Of a stretch of 64,000 nucleotides of DNA, positions 51,944 through 61,435 are shown piece after piece. Each line of letters starts with the position of its first letter. Position 1 is the first letter of the stretch. The notes beneath the pieces are model-generated. The model ran no database searches and was not told the DNA's origin. It saw only the letters and a list, made by a program, of their open reading frames with translations. The position numbers and the translations under genes are program-made. The stretch is from positions 32,001-96,000 of the IMG/VR virus record IMGVR_UViG_3300042396_000450. One strand, given 5' to 3'. Source of the DNA: a virus.

Positions 51944-51947
51944 TTGT

Positions 51948-52223
51948 TTAATTCCTAATTAATGTAAATGTGAGACTAGTAAGAAAAATAGACTCCTTGG
52001 GAATGGCTGAAATGCCTGTGGTTGTCGCCTCCGCAGAAATGTGGAAGTCTAATTCCTCCACAAAACCACAATTTAGTAATGCTCTTTTACCTGTAGATTT
52101 ATCATATCATGATAACCATGTCCAAGCATCTTCAAAATCAATTGGAAATTCTACTTCAGATTCAAGTAACTGTAATGCTAAATCTTGATTAAATTTAATT
52201 CTGTTTTCATCATTTACTTGCAT
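51948..52223 (-). pseudogene. Antirepressor-like (FPIDFEDAW.WL) gene remnant with internal TGA
   Basis: MQVNDENRIKFNQDLALQLLESEVEFPIDFEDAWTWLS*YDKSTGKRALL..GFVEELDF, with the stop at 52107-52109. Confidence 0.65.
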
Positions 52224-52422
52224 CCCATGTAATATCAGTTGACTTAGCATTACTTATCATTTGATTATGCAATTGGGTTATTTCATCACCTATTTTACAT
52301 ATATCGTATTGAAAATTAGTGTCTTTTTCACTATTCCAAACAAGATCAGAAATTACACAATTCTGTTTGTCTAATAGTTCAAGTATCTTAATTAATATCT
52401 CTTGTGTTTCCATGTGTTTCAC
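52210..52422 (-). CDS. Hypothetical protein
   Basis: 70-aa ORF. Confidence 0.5.
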   Translation of the reverse strand: MKHMETQEILIKILELLDKQNCVISDLVWNSEKDTNFQYDICKIGDEITQLHNQMISNAKSTDITWDASK

Positions 52423-52741
52423 CTATTACACTAGTTAATTCAATAATGTTCGCGCAATTAACTTAGTTCCATAGTTAGGAACTAGATATTTAGTAACGTA
52501 GTAATAACCACTGTATTAATACAACAGTTATTGCTACGCCGTCATTAATTAGTAACTGATGTTCTAATTAAATATTGTGTTTCTCCATTTCCCAAACACG
52601 GTCATATACAGCTTGTAATTCATCAGGTACATCATTATTATTATTCATAGCCTGAACCCAATTAGATAATGTATCTAATGCTTCATACATATCAGTTTGT
52701 TGCAATTGATTTAATTGCTCTAATTGATGATTACTTAACAA

Positions 52742-52987
52742 TTAAACAACTCTAACACCTTTTAACTTATCAATTAACTTATTATCTATATCATAATTTA
52801 GATAATCAGACACTTGTTCACTTAATACATCTAATTCTCCAACTAAACTAGCTAAATGAGATAAGTATCTTAACTTATCGTTAGTTGTAGTACCAATTCT
52901 ATCTACATTAGCTAAGTTAGCAATAGATGTAGCAAACTTAGATATTGCATTTAATGTAACTTCAAGTTGATTATCGTTCTCTATCAT
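52742..52987 (-). CDS. Hypothetical protein
   Basis: 81 aa; MIENDNQL..T N-terminus. Confidence 0.55.
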   Translation of the reverse strand: MIENDNQLEVTLNAISKFATSIANLANVDRIGTTTNDKLRYLSHLASLVGELDVLSEQVSDYLNYDIDNKLIDKLKGVRVV

Positions 52988-53835
52988 TAGAAATTAACTC
53001 CATGTCCTACGTTAATAGTGAATAGTCCATTATCCCGCCACATTCTTAATACCTGTGGTCTATCATCAATTACAGCATGAACATTATAAACATTCTTGAT
53101 ATACGCTTCATATATCTCCTGTTTAACTACACTATCCTTACGTTGATCAAGTTCAGCACGCATATACAACGCATCATATCTAATGTTATGTTTATCTAAC
53201 CAACTAATAGTCTGATCTTTCCAAGTATCCTTACGTCCTGATACTAATACTATTTTATTACTTGGATAATACGACTTATATAACTCATAGACTGGTTCAT
53301 TAAGTAGGTCATCCTCGCACGTACTAGCATCATAGGGATTACGACCATTAAGTAGACTTAGAGTACCGTCAAGGTCAATTATGACGCAATCTGGAAGACC
53401 TTCTATTCTAGCTGCACTAGGAGGATCAACATACAGATATTTATCGTACATACCACGAATAACAGCTTCACCTACTGAGTTAGTTCGAGTTAGATCACGT
53501 TTAATGCACTCAGATAGAGGAACGGTAAGAAAACTATCATTGATGATTAATTCAGCTTTACCTTCAATTAATGCGGCAATTCTAGTCTTATGCTTTGGAC
53601 AAAGGTGCGTATTATCAAGTATCACATTATACCCATTACTAAGTGCCTCTAGTATTAGTAATTCCTCACATTGAATAACAAACTTCTCATTTTTCTTACT
53701 GTATACGCCGTTGTCCATCATGGTGCGAATATCGTCTTTATTAATACGCTTCCATCCAGGTACATCGGTAACTAATTGTATAGCGTATGTAGTTTTACCA
53801 GATCCAGGTAAGCCAACTGTCATAATTACTTGCAT
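52987..53835 (-). CDS. pseT: Polynucleotide 5'-kinase / 3'-phosphatase (T4 PseT-like)
   Basis: GLPGSGKTT...RINKDDIR kinase, and DLDGT...SGR...DDR HAD phosphatase. Confidence 0.93.
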   Translation of the reverse strand: MQVIMTVGLPGSGKTTYAIQLVTDVPGWKRINKDDIRTMMDNGVYSKKNEKFVIQCEELLILEALSNGYNVILDNTHLCPKHKTRIAALIEGKAELIINDSFLTVPLSECIKRDLTRTNSVGEAVIRGMYDKYLYVDPPSAARIEGLPDCVIIDLDGTLSLLNGRNPYDASTCEDDLLNEPVYELYKSYYPSNKIVLVSGRKDTWKDQTISWLDKHNIRYDALYMRAELDQRKDSVVKQEIYEAYIKNVYNVHAVIDDRPQVLRMWRDNGLFTINVGHGVNF

Positions 53836-54902
53836 AATTTCATCAACTCCTCAAAATTCTTTAACAACAACTTAGATAGTGCTTCTTTAACTGACTTACT
53901 ATGACCATCTCTAATTGAGAATAGGATAACTTTCCATTTGATGTTAGAGATAGCTATTGCAAACTGTTTCTTATCGGTGATTTTAGCGAACTCATTTAAA
54001 TCATGTTCAATTAACTCACATAACTTATTGTATTTAGTTAAGTAGTTATTGTAGATGCTACTAAATTCATGGAAGTAACTGATAAACTCATTACCTTCAC
54101 CTGTTCTAACTAACTCTAATATGTCACGTTTGGTAACGCTTGATTTAATCCTATGATATTTAACATAATCATCGTGTTTTAATTTAACTCGTTTCCAAGT
54201 ACACCATTCTACTATTACATAACCTTCATTATGTAATCCATCTAACTTAACTAACTCATCTCTAACTTCATCTATAGTTAAACCATATTCAAGATAGTCA
54301 ACTAACTTAAACGAAGTGAACTTAGGTTGTGCTATCGACTCCTCACGTAATGTAGTTCTATTTCTAACTCCAATTAAAGTTAATGAGTTACTACTATGTG
54401 ATACAACTACTGGATTAAATGGTGTACATAACTCAAACATATACGTATAGTTAACATCAAAGTCATCTAATTTATATGATTCTTGCATAAATACAGTCCA
54501 TGCAAGTTCAGCAAATGTAACACTATAATCAAGTATAGTTCCACCAGCATCAGGAGATCCAGTAGTTGCAACTAACCATTCATCATTGTAGTAATACATA
54601 ATGATTAGACTGCCATCTAACTTCTTATAAGCATAAGAGTTATCGAAGTCTATTTCTGCTGCACATGATTCACCATAGTTATAGAATCTATCAAATGGAT
54701 ATGCTACAACATTCCAATCATTAGCTTCATCTAATATTAATCCGCGACATTCAGTTACTATTGGATGATAATAGGGTGATGTAACATTCCAATAACATAA
54801 TCCAACTAGATTAGGATATTTAGTATGTCGTCTAACTTGTATTCCTAATTCGGCGGTTAAGTCTTTTAATGACTTAGTTCGGAGATATTCTTGTACTAGC
54901 AT
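53826..54902 (-). CDS. RNA ligase (T4 Rnl1-like)
   Basis: ECRGLI, PFDRFYN, KLDGSL, FEL, EGYVI, RVKLK. Confidence 0.9.
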   Translation of the reverse strand: MLVQEYLRTKSLKDLTAELGIQVRRHTKYPNLVGLCYWNVTSPYYHPIVTECRGLILDEANDWNVVAYPFDRFYNYGESCAAEIDFDNSYAYKKLDGSLIIMYYYNDEWLVATTGSPDAGGTILDYSVTFAELAWTVFMQESYKLDDFDVNYTYMFELCTPFNPVVVSHSSNSLTLIGVRNRTTLREESIAQPKFTSFKLVDYLEYGLTIDEVRDELVKLDGLHNEGYVIVEWCTWKRVKLKHDDYVKYHRIKSSVTKRDILELVRTGEGNEFISYFHEFSSIYNNYLTKYNKLCELIEHDLNEFAKITDKKQFAIAISNIKWKVILFSIRDGHSKSVKEALSKLLLKNFEELMKLCK

Positions 54903-55123
54903 ATTGGTTGAATAAAGTTATCCCAACTACGATTTATTGAATAATTATCAGCTATATGTTTTAATTGTCGCTTAGTTTGTTGTCTGATTCTATGACGAAT
55001 GTTACAAAGACGAGATTGATTATAATATCTATTATCATTTGGACAACTTCCAAACTTAATTAACACGCGTTTATTGTTAATCATCATTAAAAAGTGCAGC
55101 TATTACTAACTGCACTAACTAAG

Positions 55124-55366
55124 TTAAATTTCGCTAACTACATCATATCTAGATTTAAAAGAATTGTATCTTCTAGGTTCTAGATGAAATGATGGTAACT
55201 CTATTAATCCACGACATTCATGATAGACATAATTAGGACTTGATTGGCGAGATTCTACAACATGGATAACCTTAAATCCCGCATCATAAATTAATATAAG
55301 TCTATATGGATTGCCGGATCTATCGTTATTACGACTAATTACTTGATATGCTACAGCATCGTTCAT
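55124..55366 (-). CDS. Hypothetical protein
   Basis: 80 aa; ND.SGNP.R. Confidence 0.55.
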   Translation of the reverse strand: MNDAVAYQVISRNNDRSGNPYRLILIYDAGFKVIHVVESRQSSPNYVYHECRGLIELPSFHLEPRRYNSFKSRYDVVSEI

Positions 55367-56193
55367 ACAGGAATCTTCTTAGTTGCAGGTACAACTGGTA
55401 ATGGATTACTACCTAATGATGTGAATATCTTATCCCAATGTACAGTTAACTCTTTAGTTGTTGGATCTAATTCACTAATCACAAATTCACTATTACGTAA
55501 ATGTTCACTTCTAGCACCAGTAGCAATATTAGATTCATCAGTAAGAAAACTAATTATATTCTGATTCTTATTTTTCTTACTACGATACATATACCCAATA
55601 GCATCGGCGTTAGCTACTGTGTATAATTTAAGACTTCCTGTTAACTGAATATCCTTCACATCTAACTCTGTTTTCTCATCAGACGTTACTTTAATGTGAC
55701 CACTGAGAATAAGAGCTTTACCTGCTAAACCTTTAAATGGTTCAACGATGTCAATAAATGCCCGTCTAAGTAGACCATAACCAGCACCTTTAGGTAACTC
55801 AGTTACATCCTTTCCCGTGAAGTTCTTACCAATAGGCGACTTCTTATACTCGAATGTAGCCTTAGCAAGAGCAAGTGCTTCAATTGCAGTTAATGTATCA
55901 AGTGCAATGTAATCATATATGGGTTTACCAGCTTTAACGTTTTCAGCTTTAATTAACTTAGCTGTTTCTTCTAATAATGAACCTAAACCAGTACCGCTAG
56001 TAGCAGCTTCTTTGCGTAAGTTAAGTTTAGTACCATCATAATATTCACTACCATCTTCTAGGTCAATAAGTAGACTATTAGGTAATTTAAGTAAATTTGA
56101 CGACTTACCTATTTTGGTATTACTTAGTAACACTAAAATACGTGGATCTGTATTAGCTGCAACTGTACTTGTTCTTGGTAATATTAAAGCCAT
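55363..56193 (-). CDS. AAA_24 / Sak4-like ssDNA-annealing ATPase
   Basis: KIGKS, LLIDLEDGS, IALDTLT, GAGY..LR, ILSGH, ADAIGY. Confidence 0.8.
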   Translation of the reverse strand: MALILPRTSTVAANTDPRILVLLSNTKIGKSSNLLKLPNSLLIDLEDGSEYYDGTKLNLRKEAATSGTGLGSLLEETAKLIKAENVKAGKPIYDYIALDTLTAIEALALAKATFEYKKSPIGKNFTGKDVTELPKGAGYGLLRRAFIDIVEPFKGLAGKALILSGHIKVTSDEKTELDVKDIQLTGSLKLYTVANADAIGYMYRSKKNKNQNIISFLTDESNIATGARSEHLRNSEFVISELDPTTKELTVHWDKIFTSLGSNPLPVVPATKKIPV

Positions 56194-56200
56194 GATAAAT

Positions 56201-56407
56201 CTATCCTAATTGTTCTAAATAAACTGGTTCAACTACGTCATTAATCTTAACTAAAGTACATTTAACATTTAGTGCTAATTGTATTTCAGCTACTTCACCA
56301 TATAATACCACACTTTCAACAGTAGCTGTAGTATTTAGAAAGTGAACTCTATCGCCTTTAGTTAAGGTTTGACCATATTCACGTAACACGGTTGTCATTA
56401 TCCACAT
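56201..56407 (-). CDS. Hypothetical protein
   Basis: 68-aa ORF. Confidence 0.5.
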   Translation of the reverse strand: MWIMTTVLREYGQTLTKGDRVHFLNTTATVESVVLYGEVAEIQLALNVKCTLVKINDVVEPVYLEQLG

Positions 56408-56682
56408 TAGAGTTTCTCCAGTATGTCAAGGTAATTTAATTGAGGTTCATTAGTATCAGGTAACTCATTATATATATGCCACTCTACATCTTCAAAATGT
56501 CTATCAAAGTCATTTTCTAATTCATCCTCATTGTCTTCTAAATCAGAAAAATCAGCAGATATCCTCCTAACACTGTAATGATTTATTTGAGCTTGAGTTA
56601 ATCTATTATCTATTTCCTCAATATTTCCACCATATACATTATGTTCAATCATCCAATCTCTAATATCTTTTTTAGTTATCAT
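56407..56682 (-). CDS. Small acidic protein with C-terminal tag (PQLNYLDILEKL)
   Basis: Tandem paralogue of 56679. Confidence 0.75.
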   Translation of the reverse strand: MITKKDIRDWMIEHNVYGGNIEEIDNRLTQAQINHYSVRRISADFSDLEDNEDELENDFDRHFEDVEWHIYNELPDTNEPQLNYLDILEKL

Positions 56683-56930
56683 AATTTATCCAGTATGTCA
56701 AGATAGTTAATAGTAGGTTCACCGTCTGGTAAATTGTTATAAATACTATTTCCGATCTCTCTAAAGTAAGCATCAAACTTAGATTCCCAATTATCATCAA
56801 AGTTACATGATATACTTCTAAGTGTTGTATCACCTTTATCTCTTAGTCGTTTGTCTACTTTTTGAACACAATCAACATTATATACATTGTTATTAATCAT
56901 CCAGTCTCTAACATCTTTCTTAGTAAACAT
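56679..56930 (-). CDS. Small protein with C-terminal tag (PTINYLDILDKL)
   Basis: MFTKKDVRDWM versus MITKKDIRDWM. Immediately downstream of clpS. Confidence 0.75.
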   Translation of the reverse strand: MFTKKDVRDWMINNNVYNVDCVQKVDKRLRDKGDTTLRSISCNFDDNWESKFDAYFREIGNSIYNNLPDGEPTINYLDILDKL

Positions 56931-56932
56931 AC

Positions 56933-57205
56933 TTATCTCTCAACAGTTACAGTTAAACCTTCAGCTACCAATTGATCTCTACTTAATTCAGCAAACGGTT
57001 CGGTATATTCTCCTATTAGAGCTTTACCATTAAGATGAGCATCCATCATAATTTGATAACTCTTATCATTACTGAATCCCATAACACTACTTAATATCTC
57101 TACTACAACTTCAGCAGGAAATATGCTGTCATCATGTAGAATCAACTTAACCATTGGAGCATTGTTAACAAATGTAAATGGCTCTCTATCTAATACTGCA
57201 TTCAT
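56933..57205 (-). CDS. clpS: ClpS adaptor
   Basis: KLILHDD...EVVVEIL...IMMDAHLNGKALIG.Y...AE...L...GLTVTVE. Confidence 0.85.
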   Translation of the reverse strand: MNAVLDREPFTFVNNAPMVKLILHDDSIFPAEVVVEILSSVMGFSNDKSYQIMMDAHLNGKALIGEYTEPFAELSRDQLVAEGLTVTVER

Positions 57206-57552
57206 GATAAAGTCTCCTCGTAATTGTTTAATGCTACTTGATATACGAATAATGCAGCTATTTGACCACGTAATACTGCATTACGATTAATTATCCATTG
57301 TTGATAATCAATTTCAATGTAATCTAGAGCAGGATCACTAGATTCTAATCGGAGTTGATGAAGACGATGATCTGCATTACGTTGAGCTATTTGTAATTCA
57401 ATATCTCGAATTAAATACTCACATTTAAGTATGGCAGTTCGGAGTCTACTTAATGTTAGAAATTTAGGAAACTCTGTCCAATTGATAGTTTTAATGTCTA
57501 GAAAGCGAGGGATTTTGATGCGTTGGTCTGTTCCAGTTGTAGTAGTAACCAT
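57202..57552 (-). CDS. Hypothetical protein
   Basis: 116-aa helical ORF. Confidence 0.55.
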   Translation of the reverse strand: MVTTTTGTDQRIKIPRFLDIKTINWTEFPKFLTLSRLRTAILKCEYLIRDIELQIAQRNADHRLHQLRLESSDPALDYIEIDYQQWIINRNAVLRGQIAALFVYQVALNNYEETLS

Positions 57553-58958
57553 GATATGACAGCCTCAATTCGTGTTTTAATAGTTGGATATTTGTCAGGT
57601 GTCGTGTTGTTGAATGATTTACATTGAACTAATCTCCAATCAGTTATATTATCAGTTCTAGAATATTTACCTTGAGTAAATTCACAAGTAAATCTATACT
57701 TATCAATCCTAATACTGAAGATGCGGCGATTCTCATTAAGTGAATTAGAATAACCACCTACACAGTGATTATTGTATCTACCTTCATCTAGTAACTGAAA
57801 TGACGTAACTAACTCAATTACTTCACATTCTAGGTAATGTCTATTAATTGGTAATGGAGTTACAAGTACCTTATTTAATCTAGTTTTAGCAGAGTTAATT
57901 TTTTCAGTTATCTTTAACTTAATTAAATCAATACATAGAGAATCCGAATAAAAGTCATTCTCCAATATACCGATAACCCATTTACCTTCAACAGTAACTA
58001 GATTCTCAATGAACTTAAATAACTCTAATTGTTTATCTAGATTAAGATACTTAAACCAATTAGTAATTTCATAATGTTCATTAGTAAACTTACCTAATCG
58101 CGCCAATTGAGTTTTCCAACCTTTTGGAAGAGTAAGAAAATAGGTATCATTAGTTATGCAAGCATTACATAACGTGTAGTATTTAAGTAACTCTAACCAT
58201 TGTTCCTTCTGATGCTTCTTAACTCCATTACCATATAGTCGTTGAAATACTATGTTCCAGTGTTTATCATTAAATGCTAATGACTTTAACTCAGGTATTA
58301 CATAATTAGAAATAACTTCAATTGGTTTAGTATCAACTAATTTAAAGTAATTAGATATCAAATTCAACTCATCTTCATTAATAAATGATGGTACTTTAAT
58401 AGCTGTTGGAGCATACCGTGGATTAATATGTGCGATATAACCAACTATCTTATCTACATCTAAATAAGCATCGGGATATTGACGTTTCTTCTTCAGTAAT
58501 CTAAATAAAGTAAATTTAGAGGTATTGAAGTTAACTACTTCTATTTGTCGTGTTACTAGAAATGCCGCAAATTCTGGTCTATATATTAATTGTTTAGTAG
58601 CTAGATCAATACCAATCATGCAACAATTAATATCGAATGTGTCAATGACATTAGTTAGTTTACTATTAATTGAATAAATATCAACATAGTTAATATTATC
58701 AACTCTACTAACATTAAAGATTGTAAAATGCTTATCTTGGTAATATAAGTTTTTAATTTTATGAGTTGTTCGATAATAGTCACAATTTTCTTGTATAACT
58801 AATCTAAATACATCTATATCACCATACTCTGATTTAAGTCCAGTTACTGCACTATATACAATAGATGCAATTGCTCCACCAGCTACAACACCTTCATTTG
58901 GTAGTTCTGGTAATTGAGATAGAATAAAGTCACTTGTGATAGTATCTAAAGTCATCAT
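57498..58958 (-). CDS. Nucleotidyltransferase (CCA/poly(A)-polymerase-like head) fused to a PcfJ-like domain
   Basis: VAGGAI...GDIDVF, FDINCC; C-terminal L..EG...NHCVGGY...IFSIR. Confidence 0.7.
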   Translation of the reverse strand: MMTLDTITSDFILSQLPELPNEGVVAGGAIASIVYSAVTGLKSEYGDIDVFRLVIQENCDYYRTTHKIKNLYYQDKHFTIFNVSRVDNINYVDIYSINSKLTNVIDTFDINCCMIGIDLATKQLIYRPEFAAFLVTRQIEVVNFNTSKFTLFRLLKKKRQYPDAYLDVDKIVGYIAHINPRYAPTAIKVPSFINEDELNLISNYFKLVDTKPIEVISNYVIPELKSLAFNDKHWNIVFQRLYGNGVKKHQKEQWLELLKYYTLCNACITNDTYFLTLPKGWKTQLARLGKFTNEHYEITNWFKYLNLDKQLELFKFIENLVTVEGKWVIGILENDFYSDSLCIDLIKLKITEKINSAKTRLNKVLVTPLPINRHYLECEVIELVTSFQLLDEGRYNNHCVGGYSNSLNENRRIFSIRIDKYRFTCEFTQGKYSRTDNITDWRLVQCKSFNNTTPDKYPTIKTRIEAVISWLLLQLEQTNASKSLAF

Positions 58959-58994
58959 AATTAAAATGGGGTAAATTAATTACCCCAACTAAGG

Positions 58995-59459
58995 TTACTC
59001 TATGTCTAATAAATCATCTACATCTTCTACTACATCTTCTGCAACTGGAACATCAGTTAATTGATTTACAACTAATGCAAGTGATTCACCTTTAGTTTTC
59101 CAATCAACTAAACTACTAATTAACTTCAATAACTCAACATTAGTATAATTAAGTTCCTTAAACTCATCAACTATACGTGTTGAAGCATTCATAACTTCAG
59201 GATATAATGTGAGTATTGCTGCTAGTATTAATTCAAACTTACTCTTAATGTCAGTACCACATGACTCAGCATACTTGAGGATACCTGTTTTACTACGTTT
59301 AGGAACACCTGCTATTAAGGCTGCTATCTTTTTTCTAGTTTCATCATCCAATCCCAACTCAACCAATGAATTTTCTATGTTATTAGCCACGATTGATTTC
59401 TCCAAAATTATAAGTGATCTTGCGCCTATCCTATCTGCTGCTGTTACGGGAATCGGCAC
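58995..59459 (-). CDS. Hypothetical protein (start possibly GTG 59390)
   Basis: Acidic C-terminal tail. Overlaps a + strand gene head-to-head. Confidence 0.55.
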   Translation of the reverse strand: MPIPVTAADRIGARSLIILEKSIVANNIENSLVELGLDDETRKKIAALIAGVPKRSKTGILKYAESCGTDIKSKFELILAAILTLYPEVMNASTRIVDEFKELNYTNVELLKLISSLVDWKTKGESLALVVNQLTDVPVAEDVVEDVDDLLDIE

Positions 59460-59730
59460 TTATTTTCTTACCCGTAACAATAATGGTGATAAACTATCTC
59501 AACGTGAATACGACTATATAACTCAAGAGCGTAATCGTATTCAAGTATTAATAAATGATGAAATAACTCAGATACGTAAAGATAAGGATGAATTACGTAC
59601 TGAATTGATTGAGATACGTAATAAGTTAACTGAGTTAGAGAAAGTTGAAGATGAATGTCAACTTAAACTATATCAGGCTCAAGTTATTATTACTCAACTA
59701 CGGGATCATAACGCATCTAATATGTCTTGA
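59377..59730 (+). CDS. Membrane-anchored coiled-coil protein (holin/antiholin-like architecture)
   Basis: MLLATIDFSKIISDLAPILSAAVTGIGTYFL, then a coiled coil. The 5' extension to 59209 looks like antisense shadow. Confidence 0.5.
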   Translation: MLLATIDFSKIISDLAPILSAAVTGIGTYFLTRNNNGDKLSQREYDYITQERNRIQVLINDEITQIRKDKDELRTELIEIRNKLTELEKVEDECQLKLYQAQVIITQLRDHNASNMS

Positions 59731-59857
59731 TAACTAACATTAGATGATGTAACATTATCATCTAATAAATCAGCGTATGTTAGATGAAGATAATCCCGTA
59801 AATCTTCTCTATACTTATACCTACTCGTCGAAAATATCCACCTTCAAACTTAGTCAT
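59706..59857 (-). pseudogene. Frameshifted small gene with C-terminal tag (VSYQDILDAL)
   Basis: MTKFE, then a 1-nt shift into WIFSTSRYKYREDLRDYLHLTYADLLDDNVTSSNVSYQDILDAL. Confidence 0.55.
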
Positions 59858-59860
59858 AAG

Positions 59861-60367
59861 TTACCAATCATAAGAATCCTCTGGGTTATTGAAACACCGA
59901 AAGATATGATCTTCCTCTGCATCATAACCATTTAAATCCTCATGTATTACTTGACATTCACGGTTATTACCTGAATACCACACTTTAACATTTACTACAC
60001 GTCGCATTTGTAATCGATCATTAATCACATAAATAATTTGTCCAATTTTAGGTATCCAGAACTTATCTGATACATTAACCGTTCTACATCTATCTCGCCA
60101 ACTAACAGCATCAGATTTATTATGATATAACTTTCCTTGAAATTTCCAAGCTGGAACTTCTTCAATGTCACCGAGATTATTAGCATAGTAAATATCATTA
60201 GTTAGATACTTAGCTATGTTAACTAACTCATTATATTCATTGTAGTTAGCTATCTTGAATGTATTAAGTTTATCAGGATCTATCACATCACCTCGTAATA
60301 GTCCATTGAATATAATAGCAGCTAACTCAGTATCAACACAACGATCAATAACAGGTCTATAATCCAT
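59861..60367 (-). CDS. Hypothetical protein
   Basis: 168-aa ORF. Confidence 0.55.
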   Translation of the reverse strand: MDYRPVIDRCVDTELAAIIFNGLLRGDVIDPDKLNTFKIANYNEYNELVNIAKYLTNDIYYANNLGDIEEVPAWKFQGKLYHNKSDAVSWRDRCRTVNVSDKFWIPKIGQIIYVINDRLQMRRVVNVKVWYSGNNRECQVIHEDLNGYDAEEDHIFRCFNNPEDSYDW

Positions 60368-60664
60368 AATACACTCCAGGTTTAGGTAAATCTCTATCAG
60401 GTAATCCAGTTATAATTGTAATTATCTCTAAATCAATACTAGGTATATAATTACTTAAATACATAGAATTACATGACTTAAATGCTGTAAATAAATCAAT
60501 TTCTCTATTAAAGAACTTATCATCTACAGGTAAGAAACATAGGATTGATAATCATCTTCTTGTTCTAAACATAATGCTAGATGTTTAACACCGTTATAAT
60601 TAACAATTCCCATCATTAAAAAATCATACCATTCAGTATCTAATTGATATAGTAGTTTATTCAT
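60357..60664 (-). pseudogene. About 102-codon gene broken by a 1-nt deletion
   Basis: MNKLLYQLDTEWYDFLMMG...YV / FLPVDDKFFN...PGVYYGL. Adding one base to GTAAGAAAC at about 60535 restores both the frame and the motif. Confidence 0.55.
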
Positions 60665-61433
60665 TCCAGTAATCGTACTCATTAATTGCTAATTTAGAAA
60701 CAGTTTCAACTACAGCCGCCAAATCACACTGGTATAAATTGCTACATGATAGGCTGTTCAACTCAAGTACATGATAACTACCATTGGCGAAACATACATC
60801 TACTGTATAGATATCATCTGGACACCAAGTTAATTCATTTAATATTGATTGAAGATATTCAATTGCTGCGTTAGATGTTACATTTGTTTCAATTGGCAGA
60901 TATTGAGATCCTGCAACGATAGTATTACCAGTAACTACAAATCTCCACTCCCAATCTACTTTTTTAACTGGTGAACTAATAACTAGTAACTCAGGATGGA
61001 GATTCAACTTAATGAACTCATCTCTAGTATAAGTTCCACCATTAAACTCCTTGAATCCAATATCAGGTCGAACAAATAATCTATCAGCATACCATCGTCT
61101 AATTAACTCAGATCCTGACATCATGGTGTAATTGGTATTCAACATATACTTACCCCAGTAAGCATAATATGTTGAACAATTAAAGTTATCACGGTTACAA
61201 TATGTGCCAGGAATCCATAGTGTGTACTCCACTTCACTACTTACATTAAGTGAACCTCTGAATATAACTGGTTGACTTAGTAGTTTAGTATATCGTTGAT
61301 TACGTGCTATATCGTCAACGTAGTAATCATGCTTATAATCAATCTCAATCACATTATGACCTTGTTTTCTTACCTCTTCAATAAGTTGAACTTCGTTATC
61401 AAATATACCATGTTCAATAACCCAAGTGACCAT
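60657..61433 (-). CDS. ATP-grasp domain protein (DUF4343 / R2K-like)
   Basis: LFVRP...K.F.G, EWRFVV, YTVDV, VLELN...S.LY. Confidence 0.8.
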   Translation of the reverse strand: MVTWVIEHGIFDNEVQLIEEVRKQGHNVIEIDYKHDYYVDDIARNQRYTKLLSQPVIFRGSLNVSSEVEYTLWIPGTYCNRDNFNCSTYYAYWGKYMLNTNYTMMSGSELIRRWYADRLFVRPDIGFKEFNGGTYTRDEFIKLNLHPELLVISSPVKKVDWEWRFVVTGNTIVAGSQYLPIETNVTSNAAIEYLQSILNELTWCPDDIYTVDVCFANGSYHVLELNSLSCSNLYQCDLAAVVETVSKLAINEYDYWNE

Positions 61434-61435
61434 AA

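Noticed and set aside
37971-52223. Stop-codon reassignment (alternative genetic code)
   Set aside because: The interrupting codons include TAA, TAG and TGA, long genes read through in code 11, all three stops end normal genes, and no canonical suppressor tRNA was found.
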